NCBI RefSeq assembly: GCF_036321535.1
Contig: NC_087437.1
Location: forward strand, 110,796,001 to 110,860,000
Length of the DNA stretch: 64,000 nucleotides
Source: Camelus dromedarius
Lineage: Eukaryota
Reading direction: 5' to 3'
This document shows, one piece after another, positions 51,995-64,000 of the stretch; within the stretch, counting starts at the first letter, position 1; every line of letters begins with the position of its first letter. Both the position numbers and the translations under genes were made by a program. The notes below the pieces were generated by a model that saw only the letters and a list, made by a program, of their open reading frames with translations, was not told the origin of the DNA and did not search any database.

Positions 51995-54954
51995 TTTTTC
52001 TCAAATGCTGTTAAAACAAATGCTTTAATTTGTTTGCTTGCTTCCATTCTCTCCTCCCTTCCCCTCCCAATTTGTTTCCTTTCTTCTGGAAAAAAAAAAA
52101 ATCAGAAAAGTGGAAATCAATATACAAATATCTCTATCCTGGCGACCCGAAATGAGCATTACATTTTGTCAGACTTGCTTCAGGTCACCCTTTTTTTCCA
52201 ACCAAAAATTTAAAAACTGCCAAGAAAGATCAATGTCTAAATGAACGAGAAATCACATCACCTTTTCTCTTTGCAAAAGTTTATACAAAGAAAAGGTTGG
52301 CAAGACATCTCACCACTTGGAAAACTAGAGCTGTGTATAAATTAAAAGCATTCCTTAGCCTCAATTTGGAACCATTATTCCTACTCTTCAGAACATTCTG
52401 TTAACTGAACACCTTAACCTCATACTGTAGATCTCAAAGCAGTGAATCTAATTGAAAGTATGACAATCATAAAAGCAACTCTGGGTATCACAGGATGCCC
52501 AATGTTCCACGCCAGATGACAAAGACTTGATGAAACCTCGTTCAAATTACAACTTACGACTGTCCTCTCTGGCTTGGTGCCAACACTTTACGTTCTAAAT
52601 CTGTTGAGGGACGCCTTACTCGTCAAAGGCAGCTCTGTGTAAAACCAACCTCTCCATACAGAAAGGAACCCTTTCATTCCACTCCCGGAGTCAGAATGTG
52701 ACGATGCCGGGGCTGCTTTCTGGCAGGGAAAGTGAAAGAATTAAAGGAAAAAGGACGGGAGAGGGAGCTCAGAAGGGGCAGAGGCAACAGGTTTCACCAC
52801 TGGTCATTGACTGGCAGCCTTTTTCACTTTTAACTTAGAGAATAAACGCACCAGATGGTTCCTGATAAGCATCTAAGCAAGCTGCAGCCTGCCTCTGTGC
52901 AGATACGAGCGGATGCGGAGCCCCGCCCACTGCAATGCAAGGCCACGCCTTCCCTTCCACAGCTCCAGCTACACCAGCAGAATGGGACCCAGGGTCACAG
53001 GAAGTGCCTAATCTCTGCCAGCAAATGTCAATCTTCAGGGCAGAGAAAATGTCTTTGTTCTTTAGAACCAGGGTTGAAATTGGGTTGAAATGACCACATC
53101 AGTTCACTAACTTGAACTCACAAAGGAAGCACCTGTTTTCACGATGGCCTGGAAAATTTCTAAACAATCTTACTTTTGACGCCATCCTTCTGGATGAATA
53201 AACTATGGAGGAGGTGGGCCTGCGTGAGACCTGGCCTGGTTCCCACACAAGGGTAATGGTTTACGCGACTGATGGAAATCGGCGGATTTTTCAAATAAAG
53301 CACCACGTGATGGTAATCCACTGAAGAACGAAAGCTACTGTCACCCTTGGAAGGAGCCCGCATCTTTTCTATTCTTTCTCACATCTGAACATCTAAGCAT
53401 GTAGCTGGGCACAAGGGGAACTGGGGGGATTGTCATCAGTCCTGAAATCCTGCCGAGGCAGAACTCTACCATCCTCAAAGCAATGTTCATGGTTCCCGGG
53501 TCCGATAATTACTCGGTGTTCCCTCAGTGAAGGAGAAAAATTATGACCAATTATAATGACAAGGGCCTTGGCCACGTGGGGGAACTACTTGGTGGGACAT
53601 GACAATATGGAACTTATCACTTACCTTGTGTCATTGACAGAGATGTAAACATCCATATCTCTTGTCACCAAGCTCTGTCTTTTCTCAAACAATTAAAGAC
53701 ACTCTTTGCCAGAAACTACAAAGAACCAGCAAAGCCAAAGTTAATTCCACAAGATGGAATTGGCTGCTTGCCTCATTAATACTCTGTGTGATAAAAAAAA
53801 AAAAGTACTAACTTTCTATTACTATAGATCTTCCTCTAATATTTTAGACACAACATTGGCAGATATACATACAGTTTATCTATAAAGCAATGAAATTCCT
53901 TTTTATACTGGCTTGAATAAATTCTCTCTTTAAAATTTCAACCAGTGGATCGTTAAATTCTTTGTACCACTTCAAACTGCAGTGGATTTAGGGTGAATAA
54001 CAATCTATAAATGCTAAACAAAGAAGAAATTAAAGCTTAGGTCAACTAACTTAAATCATTGTATATAATACACTATTGTTTCAAATCACAAAGCAAAGAA
54101 AAGAAATTGCTTCCTTTGGCACATAGGATGACTTGTTTGGATACACTGGGTGGGGGGAAATTTCTTTCCATCTAAAACAGCTCATCTCCAAAAGTTTCTG
54201 TGTCTCATGACAAAGGTTGCAAAATGTGAAAATTTGAAAAATGGAGGATTTTCTCTCCTGAGATATATGCTATAGCCCTAGAGATGAGTAACCCATAGCA
54301 ATTAAAAAGAGGTGTTATCTGAAATTGTCCAAGCTTCAATATGACTTTTAGGGTTATTAAAACCCATTAAGATTTTCAACTTTGATTTCATAAAAGCAAA
54401 GTGAGTTACCCCCCTGCACAAGTAGAAATGTCTTTCCCTGGGTCATCAAAGTCAAGATACCAGCTCATAAAGGTCTCCTGCAAGTTTGATTTATTCCCTT
54501 AACTTAAATAAAACTCATTTAACTTTTGCCTTGAGAAACAAACCTTTTCTCAAAACATGTGGACATTTTCCTGGGTTTTGATGGCTCCTGATGGTACTTA
54601 CACACACATACACTCCCATACCTGGGTTCTCAAAAGACAAATAAGCCCATCTGTCTGTTATATGGCCTTATCTTTAAAAAAAAAAAACTAAATTTTGATA
54701 AAATTGGAAAAAAGGTAAGTATACCACGCTTCTTTGATTTACAAATTAGAGGGATGACAGCACATACTGAAATATAAGTTCCAGGGGGGTAAGATCTTAG
54801 TGTATTTTGTTCACTCCCACATCTTGAGTGTCTGAAAATTGTCCTTCAAATAATATAATACTTGATGATATAAAATTCAATGTAAATGCAATGTAATTCA
54901 AAGTAAATTCAATATAAAATTTAATGACATAAAATTCAATGAGATAATATATTG

Positions 54955-55085
54955 AATAATCCTCTCAACAACATTATGAGATGGATGCTTTTCTTACTCC
55001 ATTCTACAGATAAAGAAACTGAGCTTCAAAGAACTAAGTTACCAAGGTGACACAGCTAGTTAGTGGGGAGATGAGGCCTTCAGAT
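54955..55085 (-). mobile_element. MIR SINE fragment
   Basis: ccattctacagataaagaaactgagc...caaggtgacacagctagt. Confidence 0.8.
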
Positions 55086-55544
55086 CTTCCGCACCCCTCT
55101 TCTCCTTCTTGTCATCCTGTCACTGTACCCTTGTCATTCAAAGACTTCAACATGCACCAGAAGTTCTTGGCTATAAAATTGGAATCTTTGAACCACAAGT
55201 ACGAATTTTTTTTTAAGTCTAAGTTAAGAACTCCAAAAGTAAACAAGTGCAAATAGAAACATAAATTCAAACACATTAATTTATTTGAAAGGCATGAATT
55301 AAAGTATTTCTTAAAAAGTACTGATTGGTGATGCCAGGGATCCAACCACCCCTGGAATTAACTAGTGTTAGTAATCACCTCTTCATTGCCTACAAACAGT
55401 CCCTCGGTCAGCTGCCTAGACCTGAAATTCCAACTGGGAAATGTGGGAGGCTAAGACAAAGCCAAAAAAGAAATGGGCTCAGCTTTTCTAATGCAACCAA
55501 GAGCCAAACAGAAACAATGGGGAATTGTTCCCTGATTGGGATAT

Positions 55545-56075
55545 GACAGCCATGCCAATCACTGCCTCCCACCAACTCTGCCTTCCTGAGAGCCTGCCTG
55601 GACGTGTCTGGGACTATCCAAAGCACATATGACCCTTTCATCCCAGCAACAGCTGGGTAGACCAGAGATGGATACAGGACTCAGTACGTGCCAAACAGAC
55701 TCTCACTGAAAAATTTGGAATTGAGACACTGGGAGACCAAGAGAGCTATCTACGGTAAAGACCGTGCGGTGCTGCAACATCATACCAAGTCAAAGCCAGT
55801 CAGCAGGCAGTAAATCTGAGAATCTGAGAAACCAGAGATCAAGGAAGCCAGTCTGCTAGTAGAGGCAAGAGAACAGCAGAGTCTCGTGGAGAAAAGCAAA
55901 ATTTATAGACTACACGGGCCTCTGAAAAATGTAAGAATGGCATCCCTTCCTGATTTTTCTACTGCCGTCCTTGGCTACCCACAGTATTTTCTCATCTCTC
56001 TTCAGTAACGCCGTGTTTCCATGAGTTTATTTGAGAACTTCTTTCCATTTCGTTATAACCATATAATCCCCAAGA
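55545..56075 (+). mobile_element. Probable ancient ERVL LTR relic
   Basis: cagagatggatacaggactcag...gccaaacagactctc...aatttggaattgagaca motifs typical of LTR16/67-like elements. Confidence 0.45.
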
Positions 56076-57339
56076 CATACTATTTTGCCTCCCTGTTACT
56101 GCTCTACTAGAAAAGGTGACTGCAAACCTTATTTTCCTGTAGGTCTCAGAGAAGACAAGGCCCACAGCAGCGCTGACAATTTGGAGAGGCCACAATCACA
56201 GACCACTGCCAACTCCTTAAAAGCCCAACCCCAAAAGGCGGCCATGAGTCAGAAAAATGTTAAATAATTCTCCCAGGTGTTAACAGTTAAGCAGAAAAGA
56301 TGAATATCTTTTTTTCAAAACTTTTATGCTATAAGGAAAACAACCAACAAGAACTTTCCACTGCTTTTCTGTAGACAAAAATCAACTAAGCTTTCAGGCT
56401 GTTTAATGCTGTTCCAAGAGAACCAAGGCCAGCCTGACTCATGATGGCCCCAAATTACACAATAATCTATCATGGATTAAGCCTTATGGGTTTAAAATAC
56501 ACATAACATGCAGATAGATGCCTGGTTAAATACATAAAGAAGTGAAGCTAGAATAAGGAATAATCTGGAGGCACAGGAATAGAGAGCCTTTGTGTGCTAG
56601 CATCTTGCTCGATTCTAGGAGAAAGGGAACAGGAGAAAAGTCAAAAACTGAATGAGACAGTCCCTGCCCTCAAAGAATCATCCCTCGTCTGGGAAGACAG
56701 GCGCCCCCACAAACAGCTCGGCTCCAGGGCAGAGAATGACGGAGGCTAATTGGAAGCCTCAGCAAAGCACGATGGGATTGCAGAGGCAGGAGCAATTAAT
56801 CACGGTCAGCCAGGCAGCTGCCATGTAGCCCCAACTCCTCCAGCGCTGTCATCTGAAAAGTAAATCCACTCTAACAGTTACTATGAAATTGCATCCATGA
56901 TCTTTGAGTCCCATCAGCCCATACCTTTTATCTGATTAATCAAAATCTCCCCGTTCTTCCAGGGGTAACAATGTCTGTTTATCATTCCCTCCAAGAGCTC
57001 TTCACACGACACCAAGACCTTGAATTATCCTTTCTCTCTAGAAAATATCCTCCTCCCTCTGTAAAGGCAACAGAAATGGAGATAACATCCTTCAAAGAGT
57101 TCAAGGTCATAAATGAAAATAACCAAATGGCTTGGTTTCACTTCCATAACCCGGCTGCTGAAATTCACATTCCATTCATCCCTTTGCCAGGTTAAAAACG
57201 GGCGAACAGCATTAAACTAAAAGGCATGTGTCTGTTGTAAAATATTGATTACAGTCTTAGTCAAAGGTCCTCCTGCCTGTCAAGAAACACTGGTCAAATT
57301 ATATACACTAAGTCCTGGCAAAAAATAAAGAAAGAAAGA

Positions 57340-57555
57340 AAAACTAAGTACATGTAAAAACTAGTGAAATTCCAGTATGATCTGTAGTTTTGTTAATTGT
57401 ACGGTGCCAATATCAATTTCCTAGTTTTGATAATGCACTTTAGCTAAGCAAGATGTCACCACTGAGTGATGGGTACACAGGACATCTGTGTTACTGAAAA
57501 ATAATGTGAGTCTTGTGAGTCTATAACCTGTAATTTAGGTCAAAAAGAAAAGTCA
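57340..57555 (+). mobile_element. L1MD/L1MC3-type 3' tail
   Basis: tcaatttcctagttttgataat...agatgtcaccact...gggtacacagga...tgtgagtctataa. Confidence 0.75.
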
Positions 57556-58409
57556 TTTATCACATTTATTGCTAGTTTTGCAGGGCTTTGCCCATATTAG
57601 CAGTTCCCTTTTCCTCCTAGATTCTAATACTTGGATATCGATCCTCAAAACTTCCAGATACAGTTTTAAGAACACATCACCCTAGTCCTGGGAGTGGCAG
57701 CCTGGAAGGGGGCGTCCCCACCAGAATTTATACTCTCTTCAAGGAGTCCAAGGCAGTTAATTTCCTCAGCCTAATTCCACCGTGGACCAGTTCCCTGCTG
57801 AACTCCTGGCTCTGCTGTGCCACTAATAGCCCCTCCCCAACCCACTCCCCCCAGTACACACGTAACAGAGGGACATTTGAAGATGATTAAGGAAAAGCAA
57901 AACCAGCAGAATCTCTCACCCACAAAACTCACCTCCGTCCTCCCAAGACTTAACTTGAATGAACCTCAACTAGTTTGGCTATAAAAGTCTAAAGAATTAG
58001 CTCCTATGAAATTCAAAACACAGGGAGTACTCAAAAAGATTGTCATCCTAGACTCTTCTCGAAGGTGCCCAGACATGTAAATCCCCTTGGAGATCACACT
58101 GCTTTACATACATATATAATTATAATATATTATGTAATATATAATATATACATATTCTCCACCCTCACCCCACCTCAAAGTGTCAGGTAACACAAATTGA
58201 GCCCCTGGCTTAAGAGTTAAACTTGTTAAAGAAACTTTTACAGTCTCTGATATTGGCATTCTTGAGCAGTTTCTAAGACAAAATCCAGGCATCTCTATAA
58301 TCTCTTCGATTTGTGGGAAGTTTAGTACTGGGCCTGCAGCACAATTAAGATCAAAGAATTTGATGCTGGAGGAACTGAATCCCTGTAGCATCTCCCTGTA
58401 TACATAGCC

Positions 58410-58615
58410 CACCATTTACTACCCACATCACCTCAGGCAAGTTACTTAAATTTTCAGTGGCAGTTTCCACCTGTGAAATGGAGATAATAATTAGGATCCT
58501 GCCACAGGATGGATGCTCGTGAGGATTTACGTAAGTTAATATGTGTCAAGGGTGCAGAACAGTGCCCGATATTTAGCAAGCACCCTTCAAGGGTTGTCTA
58601 TTATTACTGTTATTG
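58410..58615 (+). mobile_element. MIR SINE
   Basis: ggcaagttacttaa...cagtttccacctgtgaaatggagataataa...gtgaggattta...agaacagtgcc. Confidence 0.85.
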
Positions 58616-59628
58616 TTAATGCAATACATTTTTATTGAGCACCTATGTCCCAAACTTTATGAATCTAAGATACAAGAAGCTGCTGTTATAATTGTAGAAT
58701 AATCCACATATTATCAAGTCTGGGGAGAGTAAAGGATTAGACCACACGGGGGTCCTCAGCCCAAAGAAACACTTTTCTTAGCCTGAGTGCTTCACGGAGG
58801 ACCTTGAGTCATAGAAGGTGAAAGACTGAGATTGAGCAATCTAAAGGTCTGGACAAAACCCCAGCAGAGCAGACACATGACAGTCATAGTGGAATGTATC
58901 ACCCTGCCCCTCCCTCATTCACCTTTCACCTGAAAAATCAACAAATTCCCCAAAATAGTGCACAGTCACTCGCAAAACCCGGGGCCACCGGACAAGTTTT
59001 TCAAGTTCCGCAGATGATTCTATCAAAACACCAGCCACCCCAACAACACTGAAACTACTGGCTATGCCATTCTTTTTCCTACTTGTCGCTCATCCCCGGA
59101 GGACACGTTCATGGTCACCCACTACCGACATCTCTGGGGTGGAGAGAGGCATGACCAGCAAAGGAAGGACTTGTGTTGGGGGCAGAGTTCTGGCCCATAC
59201 AGACAGGGTTCACACAAAACAAGGCTGAGAAGCAGGAATCCTTGTGGTGTCTGAAATGTTGCCAATCACACAAAGGAAGCCTGATGTATGACTTTCAAGC
59301 CGCTTTTATAAAAAACGATTCCAAATCCCTGTGTGTGTGAAGCCAAAATTGTAAATATTGCTAAAATCCCTGGAGCTGTTTAATATTATTTATTATGATT
59401 CCCCTTGGCACCCCAAAAGTCTCTCATCCTGGGCTCACAGAGCACTTTATTAATTTACACACCATCAATGGGGTTCACAGATGGTGAGACCCACACATGG
59501 AGAAGTCTGAAAACTTTGGCCAAAATCCCAACGATGTGTAAATAAATGTAGCTCCGAAGGACCCAGAGTCTTATTCAGCCCCAAGCCCTAGGGCTACCAC
59601 TGGGGCTGAGGCAGGACCCAGGGTAAAC

Positions 59629-59772
59629 CTGAAAGTCAATGTCTTGAGCCACGGGTAAGCAGGCTCCAAGTTCAAGGTCAAGGTTTTCAATATCCTCCTT
59701 TTCAGATGAGTTGCTTGCACTCAAATCAATCCTCATCATGATTTTTAAGGACTCAGTGAATGACAGATCCAC
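59629..59772 (-). other. Weak candidate exon (144 nt, phase 0-0, open frame)
   Basis: Good acceptor ctcttatttacttctctgttcacattAG|G; weak donor CAG|GTTTAC; frame VDLSFTESLKIMMRIDLSASNSSEKEDIENLDLELGACLPVAQDIDFQ. Confidence 0.3.
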
Positions 59773-59918
59773 CTAATGTGAACAGAGAAGTAAATAAGAG
59801 ATCTTCAGGAAGTCTCACTTTTGCATTTTAAAAGGCTCCTGGCAGTTTTGCTGTATCTCCCCCTCACAGAAAGTAAATCCTAACTTAGGGCACAGATGTC
59901 AGTTCTTTTAAAGACCTA

Positions 59919-60137
59919 CAGTTTCAGTTGAACTTGGGGATCATTTTAGTAGTGCTGAGTAGCTGAGAGTACTAAAAAATTACAATCCTATAGTATTCCA
60001 AATGTTAACAAAATAATTACAATTTTTAGTCATTGTAATTTAAAAATGTTTTGATAATTTTTTATTTGACCTTGAGGCCTAGCATTCAAATTTTAATGGT
60101 GATATTCAGCTGCAGTATTTGCTTCAAATAAAAACTG
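59919..60137. mobile_element. Degenerate palindromic element, probable ancient Tc/mariner-type MITE
   Basis: Ends cagttt... and ...aaactg are inverted; left flank TA; central 9-bp perfect hairpin lies at the midpoint. Confidence 0.5.
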
Positions 60138-60981
60138 ACTTTAACACTTGGTACTTAGCCAAAATGCGTATTAGGTGTATTTCTAAAATTATACAGAAAA
60201 CTTGCAGCACAACGAAGCCAAATGAAGTACAAAGGAAATTGAACTGAGGGTCATGTGAAGGATGCAGTTTTTCTGAATTCCCAGTAAATAATCTTCAGCC
60301 CATGAGGGGAAAAAAAAAAAAAGACCTAGAGTTTGTTCCAGATCAATCCTGAGCGGTCAGGATTTTTCTGAAGCGCACGGTTATACTGTTTATTATGTGT
60401 CTGACTATCTGTCATCTTTGTTTACATTTTAATTATTTTCACATTTGTGTACAAATCTTATATCAAGTATCTGTTACAACCAAAAATAAAAAGAGGAGAA
60501 ACGAGAGTTTGTCAAGTGAAAATGTAGGCCCACTGACATCAAACAGCCACCCTGATATTGAGAAGACAAAGCCAGAGAGTGAAAGCAGGTGGCCACTCAG
60601 GCCCTTGAATTATCTTCTTTCATAAATAAAAGCTCAAATGAGGGGCTCTCTTTACTGAGTCAGCTAAAAGGATTCAAAATTACAAAGAGCCAAAACTCAG
60701 TTCTGAAACACTCTTCCTGTTTATAGTGAATAAACTCCCAAAATGCAGAGGAATTAGATTTTAATGAAAGTCTCTACCAGTGTGTTTTATTGCTCAATCG
60801 CATTTTGGCTAAACTCTCTTAACCCTTCTTAGAACTTAGAACTTCAGACACAGTGATCACCTGATGGGGACCAAATTACTGTTTTTGAGGTACAGTCAGC
60901 TTGGCTCTCCATCTTACAATCATGTCTTGGCTTAGTTCCACGTTGTGGATGGCTTTCACAGTTGCTTTTCCATGCTTAGGC

Positions 60982-61166
60982 CAGTGGTTCTCCAAGTGTG
61001 GTCCCCAGAACTTCAGCATCAGCGTCACCTGGGAACTTGTTAAAAATGAAAATTCTTGAACCCCCATTGGAGACCTACTGAATTAGAAACCCTAGGGGCG
61101 GGACAATCTTCATCTGAACAAGGCTTCCAGGTGATTCTGACACATGCTAAAGTTTGCACACCAACG
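60982..61166 (+). mobile_element. MER5A hAT DNA transposon
   Basis: cagtggttctccaagtgtggtcc...agcatcagcgtcacctgggaacttgtta...ccaggtgattctga...aaagtttg; 8-bp TSD gcttaggc/ctttaggc. Confidence 0.93.
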
Positions 61167-62517
61167 CTTTAGGCCACAGGAGACCCACTGTGTGTGTTAC
61201 TCGAGTGTCCCCTACACTTCAGCAGGGTGGTGGTCCTAAGGATGTCTCAAACACATTGCTTCCCCACCCACCCATGTCCATCACCCTTCACGCAAATGGC
61301 AGAAACTCAGACTTTCTCCTTCATAGGTCGCTCTGAACGTCTCAGAATTGGGCTCTCACAGGCCGCCCAGCTCTGCTCCAGCTCCTGCTCCCACATCTCT
61401 CTAGGATGACGGAGGTTCCACGGTCCACTGCCACCCTGCACTGACGTTGTGCTACTCGGATACCAAGCATGATGGTCCTCCGCTCTTAGTTCCACACGTG
61501 GGCCACCACCAAACTCCACCCTAAGATACTCTGTGAGACACTGCTAACCCCCTCCCTCCTACAATCACACCCCTGCCCCTCTCTCCATCTCTCGGGGAGC
61601 CTTGCTGCTGTCTCTGGGCTGTAGGACACATCTATCCAGGCCTCCTTCATCAGAGGGGGAGCCCAGCTGGCTTCTGTTGGCTGAGAGCTATAAGCCTGGT
61701 CCCAGAAGCAAAGAGGGCCAGCTTGGTGCGGGGGGAGGAGGGTGAAGAGTTAAGAAGACTTTTTATTTTTTTTAAAGCAGGATTTACAAAGGCTGGTAAT
61801 TCCTATGAGAGAGAGAATGAGATCCAAGATTTCTCCAGCACTACACAAGACAGGGAAATGAAAGGAACATCCTGTCCTGGGAATTGACTGAAGCAGAGTC
61901 TTTAGGGTGGACAGAAGGCGGCGTGGAGGGTGTAGGCGTGTGTTCATAAGAGAGACAGAGAGAAAAAAAACAAAAACAGAGAGAGACAGCAGTCCAGGTG
62001 AGTTCCCCACATCATCAGCAGGCAGGTAAGTTACCCAACGGTCTCCTGTGTCTGACAGTAACTTACACAAGAGCATAAAAGCATCTGAAATGTAAAGTAT
62101 TAAGGACCATCTCATCACTGGGAAATGTTACAAAGACACCGTGAAAAACTTTAAATTGTGGACAAAACCAAAAACTAAGTAAGTCATTCTCAAAGTGACT
62201 GTGCTCTGGCACTTCGGGTGGGGCTGTCCTGCAGTCTGGGGATCAGTGAGAACCTCTCCCAGCCTCTGCAATACCAGAGGTGGCTCCCAGTGGTAAAAGC
62301 TCCTCACCCCATAATTTCAAACGTCCTCAAGAGGGAAACAGCATTCCACCGAAAATGGAACTCCTGAAATAATCCGAGAGCTAAGAGGAGAAGGACGAGG
62401 AGGAGCTGTGGGCTAAACTGAAAATAATAAGAAAAAGCAGCAGATATTAAAAACTAGAGATTTTAAATAAAAGGGGATGTCCTACATTTCTCTGTCTAGG
62501 TAAGGGTGGATGGAAAG

Positions 62518-62710
62518 CAAAGATCAGCAAACTTTCTTTAAGAAGCCAGGGAGGAACTATTTCGAGCTCCTTCCGTCATTCCTGCCACACAAAGCACAAA
62601 AGCAGCCGCTGAAGTAATTGAATGGGTGGAGCCATGTGCCAATAAACTTTATTTACAGAAACAGGTGACCGGTCAGATCTAGCCTGCAGCCTGTGGTTTG
62701 CCAACTCCTG
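62518..62710 (+). mobile_element. MER58A hAT DNA transposon
   Basis: tcagcaaactttc...ccaataaactttatttacagaaacagg...gtggtttgccaactcctg. Confidence 0.85.
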
Positions 62711-62799
62711 GGTATCACGTCTAAGTATGTGCATAACGCAGAACTGGGCAGCACTGGAAAGTGTGTGGCATCCGTTCTTTTCAAAAAACAAGGTGATCA

Positions 62800-62923
62800 G
62801 GGGGCGGGTATAGCTCAAGTGATAGAGTGCATGCTTAGCATGCATGCGGTCCTGGTTCAGTCCCCAGTGCCTCCTCCAAATGTAAATAAATAAATAAACC
62901 TAATTACAAAAACAAACAAAAAA
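62800..62923 (+). mobile_element. Camelid-type tRNA-derived SINE
   Basis: gggggcgggtatagctcaagtgatagagtgcatgcttagcatgcatg...(taaa)n tail; degenerate TSD ending tgatca on both sides. Confidence 0.9.
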
Positions 62924-64000
62924 TGATGATCATCAGAATAATAATATTCCTTCCTCAGTCCTGTGTCTGGGTGGTACCTTCCTCACCCATCTCATTGGAG
63001 AGGACATCGTCCCCCCTCCCATCAGGCCCCCGTCTGTGTACGCCTGAGAAAGGGCTATTACAACACGGATTATCATCCTGCTTCTTCAAAATAAGCAGAT
63101 GAAATGAAACGTACTGTGTAGAGCTGGCAGTCTGCTCATCACGCGTGCTTATACTTGACACCAGGGCCAGAGCTCAGTTTCAGGGAAGGCCCAGGCAAAG
63201 AACATGCAAACAGACAAACCAGGCACCGCCTCCCCCACAGGGTTCCTGCCTCCAGATGAGATGGAGATCCAGTCCCAAAGTCGGGAGTGTGACTTGGCCG
63301 GCCCCCGCCGCAACGCCAGCTGGGGTTACGTCACCTGCCCAAGTTCAACATCTGGAAATCCGCAGAACGACCGGGGTGGATGGATGGGAGCAGTGCTCAG
63401 GGAGCCTTCTTCCAAGTTCACGGGGACTGCAAACAAGACACTGGGCAGATGGCAAAGGCCTAAAAGAAGAGTTATGGTTTGGCTCCTCAACCTCCACACT
63501 TCACCCCACATCAGCCATCTCTCCAGAGCAAAGCTCCCGGGAGCCCATGGATTTGGCCACTCTGAAAGCACAAGAGAGAAAATTCCAGAGCCGCGGAGGA
63601 AAAACTTTGACAAGACTCAGAAATGGTCAGGATTCATTTGCTTTGTAACACGAGGACGCACGATCTGAGAATCCCGATGTACAGCCCCCCTTCCTCGTGT
63701 GGATTTCCTTAACAGCCAGGGGAGTAGTTGAGTGTCCATAAGAAAAGCATAAATCTACTGCCTGTGTCCACATGTTTGGCTCAGATGGTTTTCATCAGAC
63801 TTGAAAGAGAAGCTGTCCTTTTCCTTCTCAAATCCAACAGTGAAGCATCCCAAAGGACATGAAAAGCTCTCAGGATAAATCAACCGCAAACGGGAAACGC
63901 TTCCTAGCAGGACCAATTACGGAGGGATGGAGGTGGGAGAAACAGCTCTTGCTATGTGTCCCGAGCGCAATCAATAAAAGCCTCCCAGGTCAGCCGAGGA

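Noticed and set aside
53174..53522. Possible minus-strand exon ending at an AAA|GTAAGA donor
   Set aside because: No strong acceptor, and stops in all three frames over the long form
62205..62360. Possible reverse MER20-like fragment
   Set aside because: Similarity too degenerate to support by eye
63145..63668. Overlapping 167-aa and 154-aa plus-strand ORFs (likewise 5591-6070, 6895-7320, 7383-7871, 34159-34632)
   Set aside because: Typical of stop-poor GC-richer patches; no recognisable domains, and several use non-ATG starts or run into repeats
1..64000. Prokaryotic-type systems (CRISPR array, operon, defence island) and a gene symbol for the host gene
   Set aside because: No regularly spaced direct repeats and no dense ORFs; the sequence is mammalian intronic DNA, and none of the candidate exons matches a protein or UTR I can confidently recognise

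Overview
Eukaryotic (mammalian) genomic DNA, not prokaryotic. Three copies of a tRNA-derived SINE (GGGGAGGGTATAGCTCAGTGGTAGAG...GGTTCAATCCCCAGTACCTCC plus A-rich tail) of the camelid Vic-1 type, cetartiodactyl-type L1 3' ends, and no recognisable Alu, BovB/Bov-tA, PRE1 or CanSINE suggest a camelid (alpaca/camel); this is inference. Most of the window is intronic sequence with many interspersed repeats (L1, L2, MIR, ERVL/MaLR LTRs, hAT MER elements, microsatellites). It appears to lie inside a large minus-strand gene that I cannot name. Support for that gene: about 20 of 22 recognisable L1 pieces are on the + strand; a CpG-rich internal promoter with a minus-strand first exon lies at about 12.5-12.7 kb; and short minus-strand candidate exons with good splice signals lie at 46483-46572, 31545-31645 and 1761-1769 (or 1761-1801), plus a weaker one at 59629-59772. 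None of the listed six-frame ORFs is a credible stand-alone gene; the recognisable ones are decayed L1 ORF1/ORF2. The most notable observations are an L1 insertion whose 16-bp target-site duplication encloses about 260 bp of non-L1, hairpin-rich cargo (candidate 3' transduction), two more L1 insertions with non-L1 3' tags, a candidate 9-nt microexon, and phase-compatible alternative 5' exon paths. I see no evidence for a novel multi-gene system. Repeat family names come from recall of consensus sequences, and repeat boundaries without TSDs are approximate.
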